A stretch of DNA of 64,000 bases, taken from the IMG/VR virus record IMGVR_UViG_2716884398_000001, positions 40,230 to 104,229 of that record, one strand, 5' to 3'. Source of the stretch: a virus. A program made the translations under genes and the position numbers. This document shows, piece after piece, positions 36,501 to 45,600 of the stretch. Below the pieces are notes generated by a model. The model did not search any database, was not told the origin of the DNA, and saw nothing but the letters and a program-made list of their open reading frames with translations. Each line of letters begins with the position of its first letter. Positions within the stretch are counted from its first letter, which is position 1.

Positions 36501-37272
36501 CGTGTAAAGAAAACTGGACTCTATCAGGTCTTTGCCCTGAGTCATTTTGGTGAGCGGTACTAAAGAATGCTCTTATTCCCTCTCCTGTTCCTGAAAAATT
36601 AGCTTCATTTTGGTGTCTGTGGAAAATTCGTCTAGTATTAAGTTTTGAATTGGCAATTGAAACACCAATATTTTCTTCAACTCTAGACCAAACATTGTCC
36701 ACATAACTTGACAAGTCGATTGATGATACATATCGCCAAGACTTAGCTCCATTTAGAGGAGTTACATTCCAAGTTCTACCTATAGCTCCCGTTCCTGATA
36801 CGAAAGCAGTTGTAGCACCAGCGGCTAAAGCACCTGTACCACCAAATTGATCAGAATATACTTTAGCGCACCCTCTATTAACAATCTCTAAAGCCCCGTC
36901 TTCGCTACAGGTTATACCTTCCAAGTTTAAAGAACCTAACGCGCCAGAAGCAACAACTTCAATACACACTGGGAATCTTAATTCTCTAGGAAGTGAATCA
37001 ACAGCAGTTTGGAGGTTGGTAAATACTCTACCATTTGCACTTTCATTAGTTCCAGACACTAACAGCGCCATACTTGGTACAGCAGAAGCCCCATACCCTG
37101 CTCCTTTAGCCCATAAATATTCTGTTCTTTCCTCTAAATCGTACAGTGGGAGGTTATCTTGCTCCCAATTGTAGAAGGAACTAGTATCATGCTTGGTAAC
37201 ATATGGGTTCCAGTAAGTGGTGGGAGTTATTCCCGCGCTTACAGTGTAGAGATCGTCTGGATAAAATGGCAT
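33520..37272 (-). CDS. Tailspike-like right-handed beta-helix protein
   Basis: FTNLQTAVDSLP motif followed by repeated GxxxxNS and ADNNS beta-helix rungs. Confidence 0.72.
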   Translation of the reverse strand: MPFYPDDLYTVSAGITPTTYWNPYVTKHDTSSFYNWEQDNLPLYDLEERTEYLWAKGAGYGASAVPSMALLVSGTNESANGRVFTNLQTAVDSLPRELRFPVCIEVVASGALGSLNLEGITCSEDGALEIVNRGCAKVYSDQFGGTGALAAGATTAFVSGTGAIGRTWNVTPLNGAKSWRYVSSIDLSSYVDNVWSRVEENIGVSIANSKLNTRRIFHRHQNEANFSGTGEGIRAFFSTAHQNDSGQRPDRVQFSLHEASGGDFAAPNPWAKGTSAVFELSEYGIAGYTEGVRKHSVKDLSVKVLDVSAKSQIDDSHLGRSAPPVAFDTTNDDQIAGLVFANHVSSIRVNNCDGPIYLRGFCVDGANTGGGENGTPVGKYLIDKGAVVENSNGVTLENVATTRCKLYGTEIRNSNVTLSRGFYSHRNYEVTNNTKGSEARADNETAGLRAFNSTVSVSADLYASGVDFLFHTQQNSVGILLENSIFDAGASGDSGRLATNVHVGYNNFGVKAINSHMAFDGRLDVFNNEYGLDLDNSVIKTDELTVENSEYIGLRANNSHIVYNKNYSNDTFSDLVESSKGVRFSQTFFRQNGQHLVLDSNSSFGYDDSTNIRSSNNNRPQRFGLMRMVQSHGVLNRGAKNTSLPAVEVNQSKADLIHCRLDVSGMLGLHPTKGSAVLAQNNSEVKFLGTGSGTTMVIGPPDLAKQLHNAGIAADNNSKVSFRGPTVIAQFGVDVLADNNSVMEFCPHKKGSGELDVSGFTLTNPLNHTAVELHSTRACLVADNNSVINMENLGDFNAFWDVSGDSIYGDGVDFDNDNSPSSLYSRGSMQFFPNPADAITNSIDSGSRQNIASALPDTVAGDRIKNANMKGNDTLYQVLNPFGADSSAITKISVSLGGYCVRALGGSQVNVKNVHFPCGGPIANGTYFDPTRSEADTDIKGNNNLLIWNIADSSRLNASYISVSGDHPAKADYHGPRAAYFSGESYNEFASGTITDNTSTSAVAYGAEHNPETGRIAVCDLYGLGVQVSDVDGLRWADGGPTFSVLSAISESVHNNSTTIGMTSYQNKGPFRLYFSVDPAMKQVGYASGNLNGAVPFGGVYPYHLNDNRPYQHLAQGYSLSGPAGVPVGAGIGLDNVSAVGYQHLLLSSTNDGGAYQYEGMPDLGLSGYYRSKDFGPQHNPYNIMLDESAANTFANAKNAAFRAIGDRGGPKVVIYSSYDASGGEMETPTTNQLGKGFRSSNIFDLGKGN

Positions 37273-37275
37273 AAT

Positions 37276-37866
37276 TTAGAATTGTAAAGTCCACTTGAAG
37301 ACTAGTGCAAAAGCATCAGTCTTTGTTATTGCAGTAAATGGTCTGTATGCAACTAAGATCGGTGATTCAGCAGCTAAACCTCTAGGATTTCTCATAAATA
37401 GTCCAACTTCATTTAGATCGACACCTACCCCGTTAGCAGTATACCTATCTAATACCAGTATAAACCTGACAGAAGTTTTAGTTACTTTTTCAACATGGTT
37501 AAACGGTATCCTAACAAAAGCTTTATTACTTCCTAATACAGATCCATTTTCTACAGGAGCCAAAAGTTCAATAAATGCTTCAGAACCAGAGGATTCGTAC
37601 TGAGCTTGCGATAGCCCAGAGACTAACTTAAAACTGGAGACTCCATATGTATTTATATCCCCCGACACTCCGACTTGGAAATTGAGTATCTGAAAATTCT
37701 CAATAGATGTCCCACCTGATGCTGAGAACAAATGAGATAACCCTACTGCCATCCCCGAAGTAATGACATTTCTTTCATCAAATACTAATTCTTCAGTTCC
37801 ATCAGAATAAATCTTAGATATCTCTAAGAATCCGTAAGGCTTGATTGTGTCTTTTGTTCTATTCAT
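37276..37866 (-). CDS. Baseplate/fibre-attachment-like small virion protein
   Basis: NVITSG, ANG..LNEVGLF, LVAYRPF...TKT...LVFKWTLQF, a tail-fibre N-terminal-type fold. Confidence 0.65.
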   Translation of the reverse strand: MNRTKDTIKPYGFLEISKIYSDGTEELVFDERNVITSGMAVGLSHLFSASGGTSIENFQILNFQVGVSGDINTYGVSSFKLVSGLSQAQYESSGSEAFIELLAPVENGSVLGSNKAFVRIPFNHVEKVTKTSVRFILVLDRYTANGVGVDLNEVGLFMRNPRGLAAESPILVAYRPFTAITKTDAFALVFKWTLQF

Positions 37867-37892
37867 TATAATTATATACCTATTTTAAAAGC

Positions 37893-40757
37893 CTAAGGTG
37901 TTATTTCCCATGTCAATACTTTGTGTGCATTGTTACCTAACAGAACAGCTTGTGATCCTTTATTATACTCCCAATATATTGGGGATGTGTTCTTACCTGC
38001 CCCACCTTGATTAAAGGTGGTTGCTTCATCACCTTCTTCTAATTTAGCATGTGATAAGGCTATATATTTTAGTGCAGTAAAGGAAGCAATATTCGCTAAA
38101 TCACCGAAAACAAGAAGAATAACAGCTTTACTTCCATAGTCCCCCTCAGGGAAAGTCCCAGTGAAAGAAACTCTTTGCCAATCATTGTATCCTTGGGTTC
38201 CACCTGAAATACCTGAATCAATAGTATTAGTATCAATAGTTTCTTTTTGATAAGGAACACCTCCAAAGTCTGAGTTCCCACCTTGAGCGTATACGCCACC
38301 CTTTTGTGCATACATAGCTAAACTAACATCTACACCTGTAACACTTCCTAATTGAAAGTAACAAGAAAAAGTAAATGTTTTACCTGATATCGAATCAACA
38401 TCTACTACACCTTTTCTTCCATTATGAATGGCGTTCACATTAGCAGCAGTCTCTCTAAATAAGTAATCCCATTCTGTACCCCCATAAGGATCTTGCTGAC
38501 TTGGTAGCTGTTTGGGGCCATCACCAAAAACCTTAAGGTTTTGACCACCTAACCAATTTCCTGCTGTATAAAAACCAGTCTTCCCATTTACAGTAAGGTC
38601 TCCACCAAAATCAAAAGGATCCCCGTTTACAGCACCTATTAAATAGTTATCGTTACTAACATTCCCACCTTGGAACTCGCTTCGTCTGTACTCAACATCG
38701 TTTGCTACCACTTTAGAAGGTGGGGTAGGATACAAATGAAGAGTTGTAGTGCGGTTCGATTTTAATCTCTTAACTTGTGCTTGAACTCCTGGGGAGGTCT
38801 CAATACCGTAGTGCTGAAAAGAAGCTATATTGTTCATAGAAGAAAGAGTGGAAGACAATGTAGGTGCATAATCTTCAAAATAAAAGTTAGCCGCTCCTCC
38901 ATTATGATGATCCCATTCAGACGCACTTGGAGAGGCTAACACATTAAAAATTCTTTGTGATTTATATATGCAATACTCACCCTCTGTTGGGAAAGATAAA
39001 GTATTCGCAGAAACATGATCCCAAGCAGTATCTAAATAAGTTTTTCCTGTATCTGAATTAATACCAGCAAGGTGATCAAAATTATGCGCGTTATAATCTC
39101 CTGTCCTTATTTGTCGCAAGTAATTAGGGTGATTTAACCCACTTCCTTCTGCACAAACAGCCCAGTTATGGAACATGGTTATTCCACTCATATAAAGTGG
39201 TTGTTCTCCGTCTCCGTATGAAAGCACTAATGGCAAGTGTCTTGTGTTTTTTGCAACACTTAAATTTGCCGAAACAGTAGAGGTATCATGCTGATGATGA
39301 AAGGCACTATTCTTATAGAACTCAGAGATAAATGATGAAGTCGTGGAAGGGGAGATAGATGCATAGGGTTCTGCAACACTAGAGAGCTGAAGCGCACTAA
39401 TATCACTCCACGAATCTCCCTCATGAGGGTCTCCAGCACCTGTTTCCTCCTGCGGAATGTAAGGCAACCTTCCCATGCCTGAGGTCCAAAAGCGTAATCT
39501 ATCCTGATGTACATGACTATTTCTAAAGAAATTGTCATAATTTAAAGCGTCTGGACTTTCAGATACTATTCCTGCTACCATAAAATCTTTTGTCGGATCA
39601 AGCAGTTTAGATGCATAAGTTATAGGGGCGACTCCTCCATTAGAGAATCCCCATAAATAAATCCTTTTATCATTAATGGGATGCTGACTTTTCATCCAAC
39701 TAACCGCAAGTTTTAGATGGCGCAAACCTACATTTTCATTCCATAAACCTAAATGCATGGCTCTGTTCCATCCTCGAACATCATCAAAAGCTCGATTAGT
39801 TAATCCGAACTTACCTAGACATGGATGAACCATAAAATACCCATTATCTACAGCTTTTGATACAAGTAACCCTGATACGACTCCTGAGACTAAAATCTGA
39901 TCAAATTCATGTGTAGGCGATTGCGTGGTATCAACTGAGGATAACCCTAGACCTCCTCTTTCAAAGCCGTGACATCCAATAACTAGTGGACTTCCATCAG
40001 GATAAACATCATATTTTGCTGGTCTATTTACTATAAAAAATTCATCAAAATCTGTTTCTGTGCTTAAAGAACCATTATCCGTTGTTCCACTTAAAACTTG
40101 AACAACATAAGTGAAGTTTTCACCTGGGGTAGCTTGGGTAATATCGGCTGCAAACGAGAAAGTCCAATCTATTGCAACAGAAAATTCTGCATTTTTAACA
40201 ATAGGTTTTTCTAGGGATCTATAAGCAGCTAAAATAACTCTATCTTTACCTTTAGCTCCCTCAGGATTCTTCATAAAAAGACCTAGCTCTCGAATACTTT
40301 GCCCATTTGCAGTGTCTTCATCTAGGGTAATTCTATGTTTAATTACATCACTATTATCAAATGAAGTATAAGCTTGCCTGTCAAGTTTGGCAAACAACCC
40401 CGAAGATACAAAGTAAACTAAATCATTAGCAGGAATAAAATCATCATCCACCATCACTTGGGGAGTAGTCTGAAGCATGAGAGGACTTTCATTACCATAC
40501 TCTGATAAACTGAAAGCTGAACTTAAAGTATAGAAATTATTCTTCAAGAAAAAGTTTACAGAGGATAAATCCCTTCTGCTATCTCCTAACTGAAAATAAC
40601 CAATCTGGTGGTCCTCAACATCAGTTGACCCATTTTGAGTGAATATATTAACTAAAGAGCAACCAAGTCCATCAGTAACAATGTTACTATCATCGAAGAT
40701 TAATTCTTTATCTCCGTTAGAATAAATTTTAGTTACTTTTACATTACCTCTAATCAT
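37893..40757 (-). CDS. Virion protein: attachment domain, alpha/beta-hydrolase (esterase) domain and CBM-like domain
   Basis: N-terminus paralogous to 37276-37866; PLVIGCHGF and RIYLWGFSNGG nucleophile elbow; FTFSCYF..WQRVSFT..HAKLEEG. Confidence 0.75.
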   Translation of the reverse strand: MIRGNVKVTKIYSNGDKELIFDDSNIVTDGLGCSLVNIFTQNGSTDVEDHQIGYFQLGDSRRDLSSVNFFLKNNFYTLSSAFSLSEYGNESPLMLQTTPQVMVDDDFIPANDLVYFVSSGLFAKLDRQAYTSFDNSDVIKHRITLDEDTANGQSIRELGLFMKNPEGAKGKDRVILAAYRSLEKPIVKNAEFSVAIDWTFSFAADITQATPGENFTYVVQVLSGTTDNGSLSTETDFDEFFIVNRPAKYDVYPDGSPLVIGCHGFERGGLGLSSVDTTQSPTHEFDQILVSGVVSGLLVSKAVDNGYFMVHPCLGKFGLTNRAFDDVRGWNRAMHLGLWNENVGLRHLKLAVSWMKSQHPINDKRIYLWGFSNGGVAPITYASKLLDPTKDFMVAGIVSESPDALNYDNFFRNSHVHQDRLRFWTSGMGRLPYIPQEETGAGDPHEGDSWSDISALQLSSVAEPYASISPSTTSSFISEFYKNSAFHHQHDTSTVSANLSVAKNTRHLPLVLSYGDGEQPLYMSGITMFHNWAVCAEGSGLNHPNYLRQIRTGDYNAHNFDHLAGINSDTGKTYLDTAWDHVSANTLSFPTEGEYCIYKSQRIFNVLASPSASEWDHHNGGAANFYFEDYAPTLSSTLSSMNNIASFQHYGIETSPGVQAQVKRLKSNRTTTLHLYPTPPSKVVANDVEYRRSEFQGGNVSNDNYLIGAVNGDPFDFGGDLTVNGKTGFYTAGNWLGGQNLKVFGDGPKQLPSQQDPYGGTEWDYLFRETAANVNAIHNGRKGVVDVDSISGKTFTFSCYFQLGSVTGVDVSLAMYAQKGGVYAQGGNSDFGGVPYQKETIDTNTIDSGISGGTQGYNDWQRVSFTGTFPEGDYGSKAVILLVFGDLANIASFTALKYIALSHAKLEEGDEATTFNQGGAGKNTSPIYWEYNKGSQAVLLGNNAHKVLTWEITP

Positions 40758-42664
40758 GCGAACTTAATCCTCCACACCAGGGTTAAATCTTGATATCCTA
40801 TAGCTCCTGGTTCAGTTATACTTTTATCACTAATCTTCGCTAAGTTATCCGTTAATGTTCGCTTGGCAAATAATTTATACCTTAGCGGGTTATTTTCTGC
40901 CTTAAAGCGGAAGGGTGGGTATTCATTTCTTCCTGCAACAAAGTCTGTAGCAGTCGAACCCTCCTCTAACTTAGCATGAGCCACAGCAACATATTTTCCA
41001 TTTTCGTAGAAAACACCACTAGGAACTCCCCAACCCAAGCTACTAAGAACTATCTGACAATTAATTGCACTAGTTCCATCAGGGAATTTGGCAGTATGAG
41101 ATACTCTTGTCCAATTATTTAAATCATCATCCTGGACAGAACCTGTCAGCGAAGATAAGGACCCCCTCTGTCCTAGTGCAGCCCCACCTGAGGTTGGAAA
41201 ACCATAATGAAGATCAGTTGCACTAGTCATAGCAGTCATATGTAATCCAATCGAGGATCCATAAAGTGCGCCTGGATTCTGATAACCTTGGAAGTAAACT
41301 GAGAAAGTATAATCGCCAGAAGCGGTCAAAGTTGGAATAGCGACTTTAGCTACGGTGCTTGCCCCTACTCCTGCGCCAGCAATCGCTTGCCATGCATGTC
41401 CACCATATGGATCTCTTTGATTACCACTAACGGGGTCAGCAGTAATACCTAAATTTGTTTTAACCCAACCATAAGTATTTTGGAACTGATATGGATCCCC
41501 CGATGCGGTGCTTCCATCTGCATAATATAATAAGTTATCAGTCTCAGTATGTGCTGTTGCGCTTAGACCTGCTAATGTTTTCTCTAAATCAATCGTCCAC
41601 AAGCCAAGAGTCGTTATCCCTCCAAATAGGTTTGAGTACCCCACATCACCTGAAGCAAGAGTTGTTACATATATAACTTCACAATTCTCTAAAGGGGTGG
41701 TCTTGCCTACTATATGGTTCAAATTGGTATTTCCAGGAACTGCGAACGCTGGCATTGTGTCATTTCCTTGTTGAGCAGATACTAATAACCCTGACAGTGA
41801 TCCAAGTGTTTGGACTCCAGCTTCTTTCTTTATACCGCTCAACTCACCTAAGCATAAAGTATATGCCTTGACATACCCAGACATATCCATAGCTTGTGCG
41901 TTATTATACCCACCTCCTAATGGCCCACCGTATACACTACCACCATAATGAACAGAAGAGACCGCTCCTGCATCTTGAGGATTGGGGTAAATTGCTGCGC
42001 CATGTCCACCTACATCATCCTTATGTCCATAAGTTTGTGAGCTTACTATGATAGCACTTGATCCAGTCCCCGATAAAGGCCAACACCCTCTAAAAATAGA
42101 GGAAGCGGCTGAATCGAATTGGGTAACATTCATGTTATGCCCAACAGGAGTGTACTTTCCAGCCACTAACTTGCCAGATTCATCATAATGGAACTCACCA
42201 CCGCTCAAATCAATTGCCGTATCAGTACCCGCCTCTAAGACTGTATCTACGGGATTAGGAAAGGAATTTTTAAGTCTATCCCTTGCAGGAGCAGCATAGG
42301 ATGAAGCTAACAATTGGAGGTCATCCCCGTGGTTCCAAGTACTACTCATTTCCATAACCCGCATAATTTGATCATCCTGGATACGAGTGATTAAAGAACT
42401 CGTACCAAAGTGATCCCCTGCTGGTGGAGCCCAGTAGTGTCCGTACTGTGTGTATGCAGACGCTGCTTTGCCGAAACTTATTGCTTGTACAGTATAGTTC
42501 GAGGTATCATTCATACCTGAAACAGAAGAAACAATAGATGAGGGGGTCATTAATAAATCAACAATAGCTTCTCCTGCTCCATCTACAATCAGATTTTGCT
42601 CTGTATGAAGAAGCTTTTGGTCATTAGTGCCAAAACCACTATAAATTTCTACTATTCCAATCAT
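40754..42664 (-). CDS. Virion protein: split attachment domain with an inserted CBM-like domain
   Basis: NLIVDGAG, ITTLGLW and LFAKR..LVWRIKF motifs, plus YTFSVYF..WTRVSHT..HAKLEEG. Confidence 0.7.
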   Translation of the reverse strand: MIGIVEIYSGFGTNDQKLLHTEQNLIVDGAGEAIVDLLMTPSSIVSSVSGMNDTSNYTVQAISFGKAASAYTQYGHYWAPPAGDHFGTSSLITRIQDDQIMRVMEMSSTWNHGDDLQLLASSYAAPARDRLKNSFPNPVDTVLEAGTDTAIDLSGGEFHYDESGKLVAGKYTPVGHNMNVTQFDSAASSIFRGCWPLSGTGSSAIIVSSQTYGHKDDVGGHGAAIYPNPQDAGAVSSVHYGGSVYGGPLGGGYNNAQAMDMSGYVKAYTLCLGELSGIKKEAGVQTLGSLSGLLVSAQQGNDTMPAFAVPGNTNLNHIVGKTTPLENCEVIYVTTLASGDVGYSNLFGGITTLGLWTIDLEKTLAGLSATAHTETDNLLYYADGSTASGDPYQFQNTYGWVKTNLGITADPVSGNQRDPYGGHAWQAIAGAGVGASTVAKVAIPTLTASGDYTFSVYFQGYQNPGALYGSSIGLHMTAMTSATDLHYGFPTSGGAALGQRGSLSSLTGSVQDDDLNNWTRVSHTAKFPDGTSAINCQIVLSSLGWGVPSGVFYENGKYVAVAHAKLEEGSTATDFVAGRNEYPPFRFKAENNPLRYKLFAKRTLTDNLAKISDKSITEPGAIGYQDLTLVWRIKFA

Positions 42665-45600
42665 CAGTTAGTAATATCTAGTTTTGTAACTTGCTTGTAG
42701 TTAGAATCTCTAACAGTCCATAACCCTGGAGAGTTTTGACCATCCATTTGGTATGGGTGAAGTCGGTAATTAAGCCTACCTCCACCACTAGTCTCCATGT
42801 TTGATGCTGTTACTGCGGCATTCCTAGAACCTAAGTTATTCGTTAAACTATTAAAGTACCGCAAAATAACCAAAAGCTCATCTTCTTCTATCTGTGCATA
42901 TGCTGTTTCTTTCTTTTCTATGTAACTACCTAAAGTTGAGCTTGTAATTCCTACAAAGGCTGAACCATCAATATCTCTTGGGACTGCATTCTCATCTAGG
43001 TAGAAGTAACCACCGCTAAAATTAGTGTTGGTATAATTATGTGCCGATACTTGAGTATTTAACTTAATAATACCAGTTATTGGATTTTGGACAGAAGCAG
43101 TAACTCTTTGGATTCCACTCCAGTCACCGATAGAAGAAGCAGCTTTAACTTTAGTAGTGCCTGTAAACATACTACCTGAAGTATCCATGTAACAAAGTTC
43201 TTTATCAATCTTTGCTATCGTGTCTGTATCACCTACAAAGAGATCTCCTGCCATATATTGGAAATCTTTAAGCTCTGAAGCATTACCTTCATGGAAAAGA
43301 GACCCCCAAACTTTCCAATCATTTCTGGTTGTTTCAGAATGTGCATTTCTCCAATCAGTATTCTGAGGAATTGCCATGTCATAGGAATAGGGTTTATGCA
43401 TTTGCATAGTAATCCTTAATCCATTTACTTTATTTTTATGGAATGCAAATTCTTCTTTATTATCCCATAATGCAGGATTATTAGGAGCATCTATCGTTCT
43501 ATTAATCCAAGAACTCCTCCAATGAACAGATACTGAAGCTCTAAACCACCCATTTTCTAACTCAACAACATTACACCGTTCACCTTCTACAGCAGGACTC
43601 CCCGCATCGTAAAACGCTGGGGCATTAACAGCATAACTGGAGACCATCGCTTGACCATATATTGCGTTTCCTGGGGTAACTTTAATAGAAGTATATGGGA
43701 GTGACGATGCAGCGTCCCACTGCGCTGTATTTCCCTCATTTACAACACCTGTGTTTGGGTTTGTGGGTTGCGTTGCTGCATTTCCACTAGTATTATATAT
43801 AAACCAACTTTCGTCGTGCTTAGGTCTAAGGTAATTAAGCGTTAATAGGAATGAACCGTAATCAGTATCGTGAACATTACCTAAATTATCAAACACTATA
43901 CTGGAAGTGTTAATGCCTGGTTTAAAGTAAACAGAATAAGTATACTCTTTTCCATCTTCTAGTTCTGTATAAGGAATATCTTGAATTATACCATTTGGTG
44001 GTATGGACCCTGCTCCGTAATTAGTTTTAACTGCTTTATTAATATTAGTAAAGTCCGTAGGGGCATTATCAAGCACCCCTCTTGTTGCTGCATTAAAATA
44101 AGTCCCTGTGGGATCAAAAATAGTTTCTTTAACAGGTTTTCTATCTTCAGCTTGAGTAACTAACCAACCTAAGGAATAATTCTCGTCAGAGTTTGGCGCG
44201 ATAAGACTCACATTAGAAAGTAAATCAAAGAAATTCTCGTACTCTGATCCAGTAAAAATCTGTTCTCCTGCAAAAACAGATCCTGTAAACCAAGGAACTT
44301 GATCACCTTCTAGTCTAAACGGTCTGGGGTCCGTATGTCTAAATGTTTGAATTGGGAATATATAGTTTAAGTTTGCTGAGTCCCCGAAAGATACAGGACG
44401 ATCAGTGTTTAGGTCTCCAGCGACAAGTAACCGCTCTATCCCAGTAGAACAGGTAACCAGGGTGGTGCCGAAAGGATAGTGTAGTGGTGAACTCCAACCG
44501 TCAAACCACATCCCTCTCGCAAATACATCATCATCCCAAAGTGCTTGAGTATAGTTTCCATTAGGGTGGTGAAGGAAATGGCCCCAATCAGGTCCATCGC
44601 CACAATAACTACACCCAGGGAGAGGATCACCATTAAAAGGCTTGAGTTGTCGTTGAAATTCTACTCCCTTCTGTTCATCATCATCCCAATAATCATTAAT
44701 ATAAGTATTGTATCCAAAATCTGGGAAACTGTAGTTAAGGAGTGATGGCATGTCTGAGAACTCTGTGGTAGTGGTTGATGTTTCTAAAGCAACTTTTGAT
44801 CCATCTTGTTTCCAGAACCCTGCGGAAAGATCAACTAACGCCCCAGGAGACTCATGGAAGATCTCATCCGTTTGAGAGAAATCAGGTAGTATAAACTCTT
44901 CAGCGATAAATGCCCTATCTTTTTGTGTTTCATCAACAATGCTCACGCTGTCAAAAAGAATAGTAGTAGTATCTTCGTTTGTTGGATACAAGAAAACTTC
45001 TACAATATAGTTTTGAGCTTTTCTGTGTACTTGGTGTCCTTGTTTCGTCCCCACTAATTTACTAAAGTAATTTATAGGTACATTTATTTTAGAATTATGG
45101 GTATCAAAGTTTAGCTTTAGGCACTGTACATGTTTTTCTTGTAAGATTTCTAATGTAGGCAAATCAACAATAGTATCATACTCAACACCCTCAGTGCAAT
45201 AGGTAGTTGTTTGCGTTTCTCCCTCTAGGCTAGAAGAATCTAATGTAAACTTATGAGCTAGTTTTTCTAAAACCGTGGTTTCTCCTATTTCAATATCTGT
45301 AACAGAAGAAGCGTCTTGCATGCTCCAACTACCGTCAGGCATATAGTTCCAGAAAACCTTTTTATTATCTACATCATTCTCCACATCAGTATGAATCCAA
45401 ACTCCAACAGAAGCTCCTCCAATTTCAGGAGTATCATCTTTGAAGGGAATGCAATTAACTGCTAATGATAGATAATGTTCTGGTATTAAAAAGTTGTTAT
45501 TGCTTTCGGTAGCACTTAAGTTAAGTCTTAGTCTAGGAACCCCATGACTCCTAGATTTAGATAGAATAAACTTGTTTCCTGCAAAGTAACCATCAGAGTT

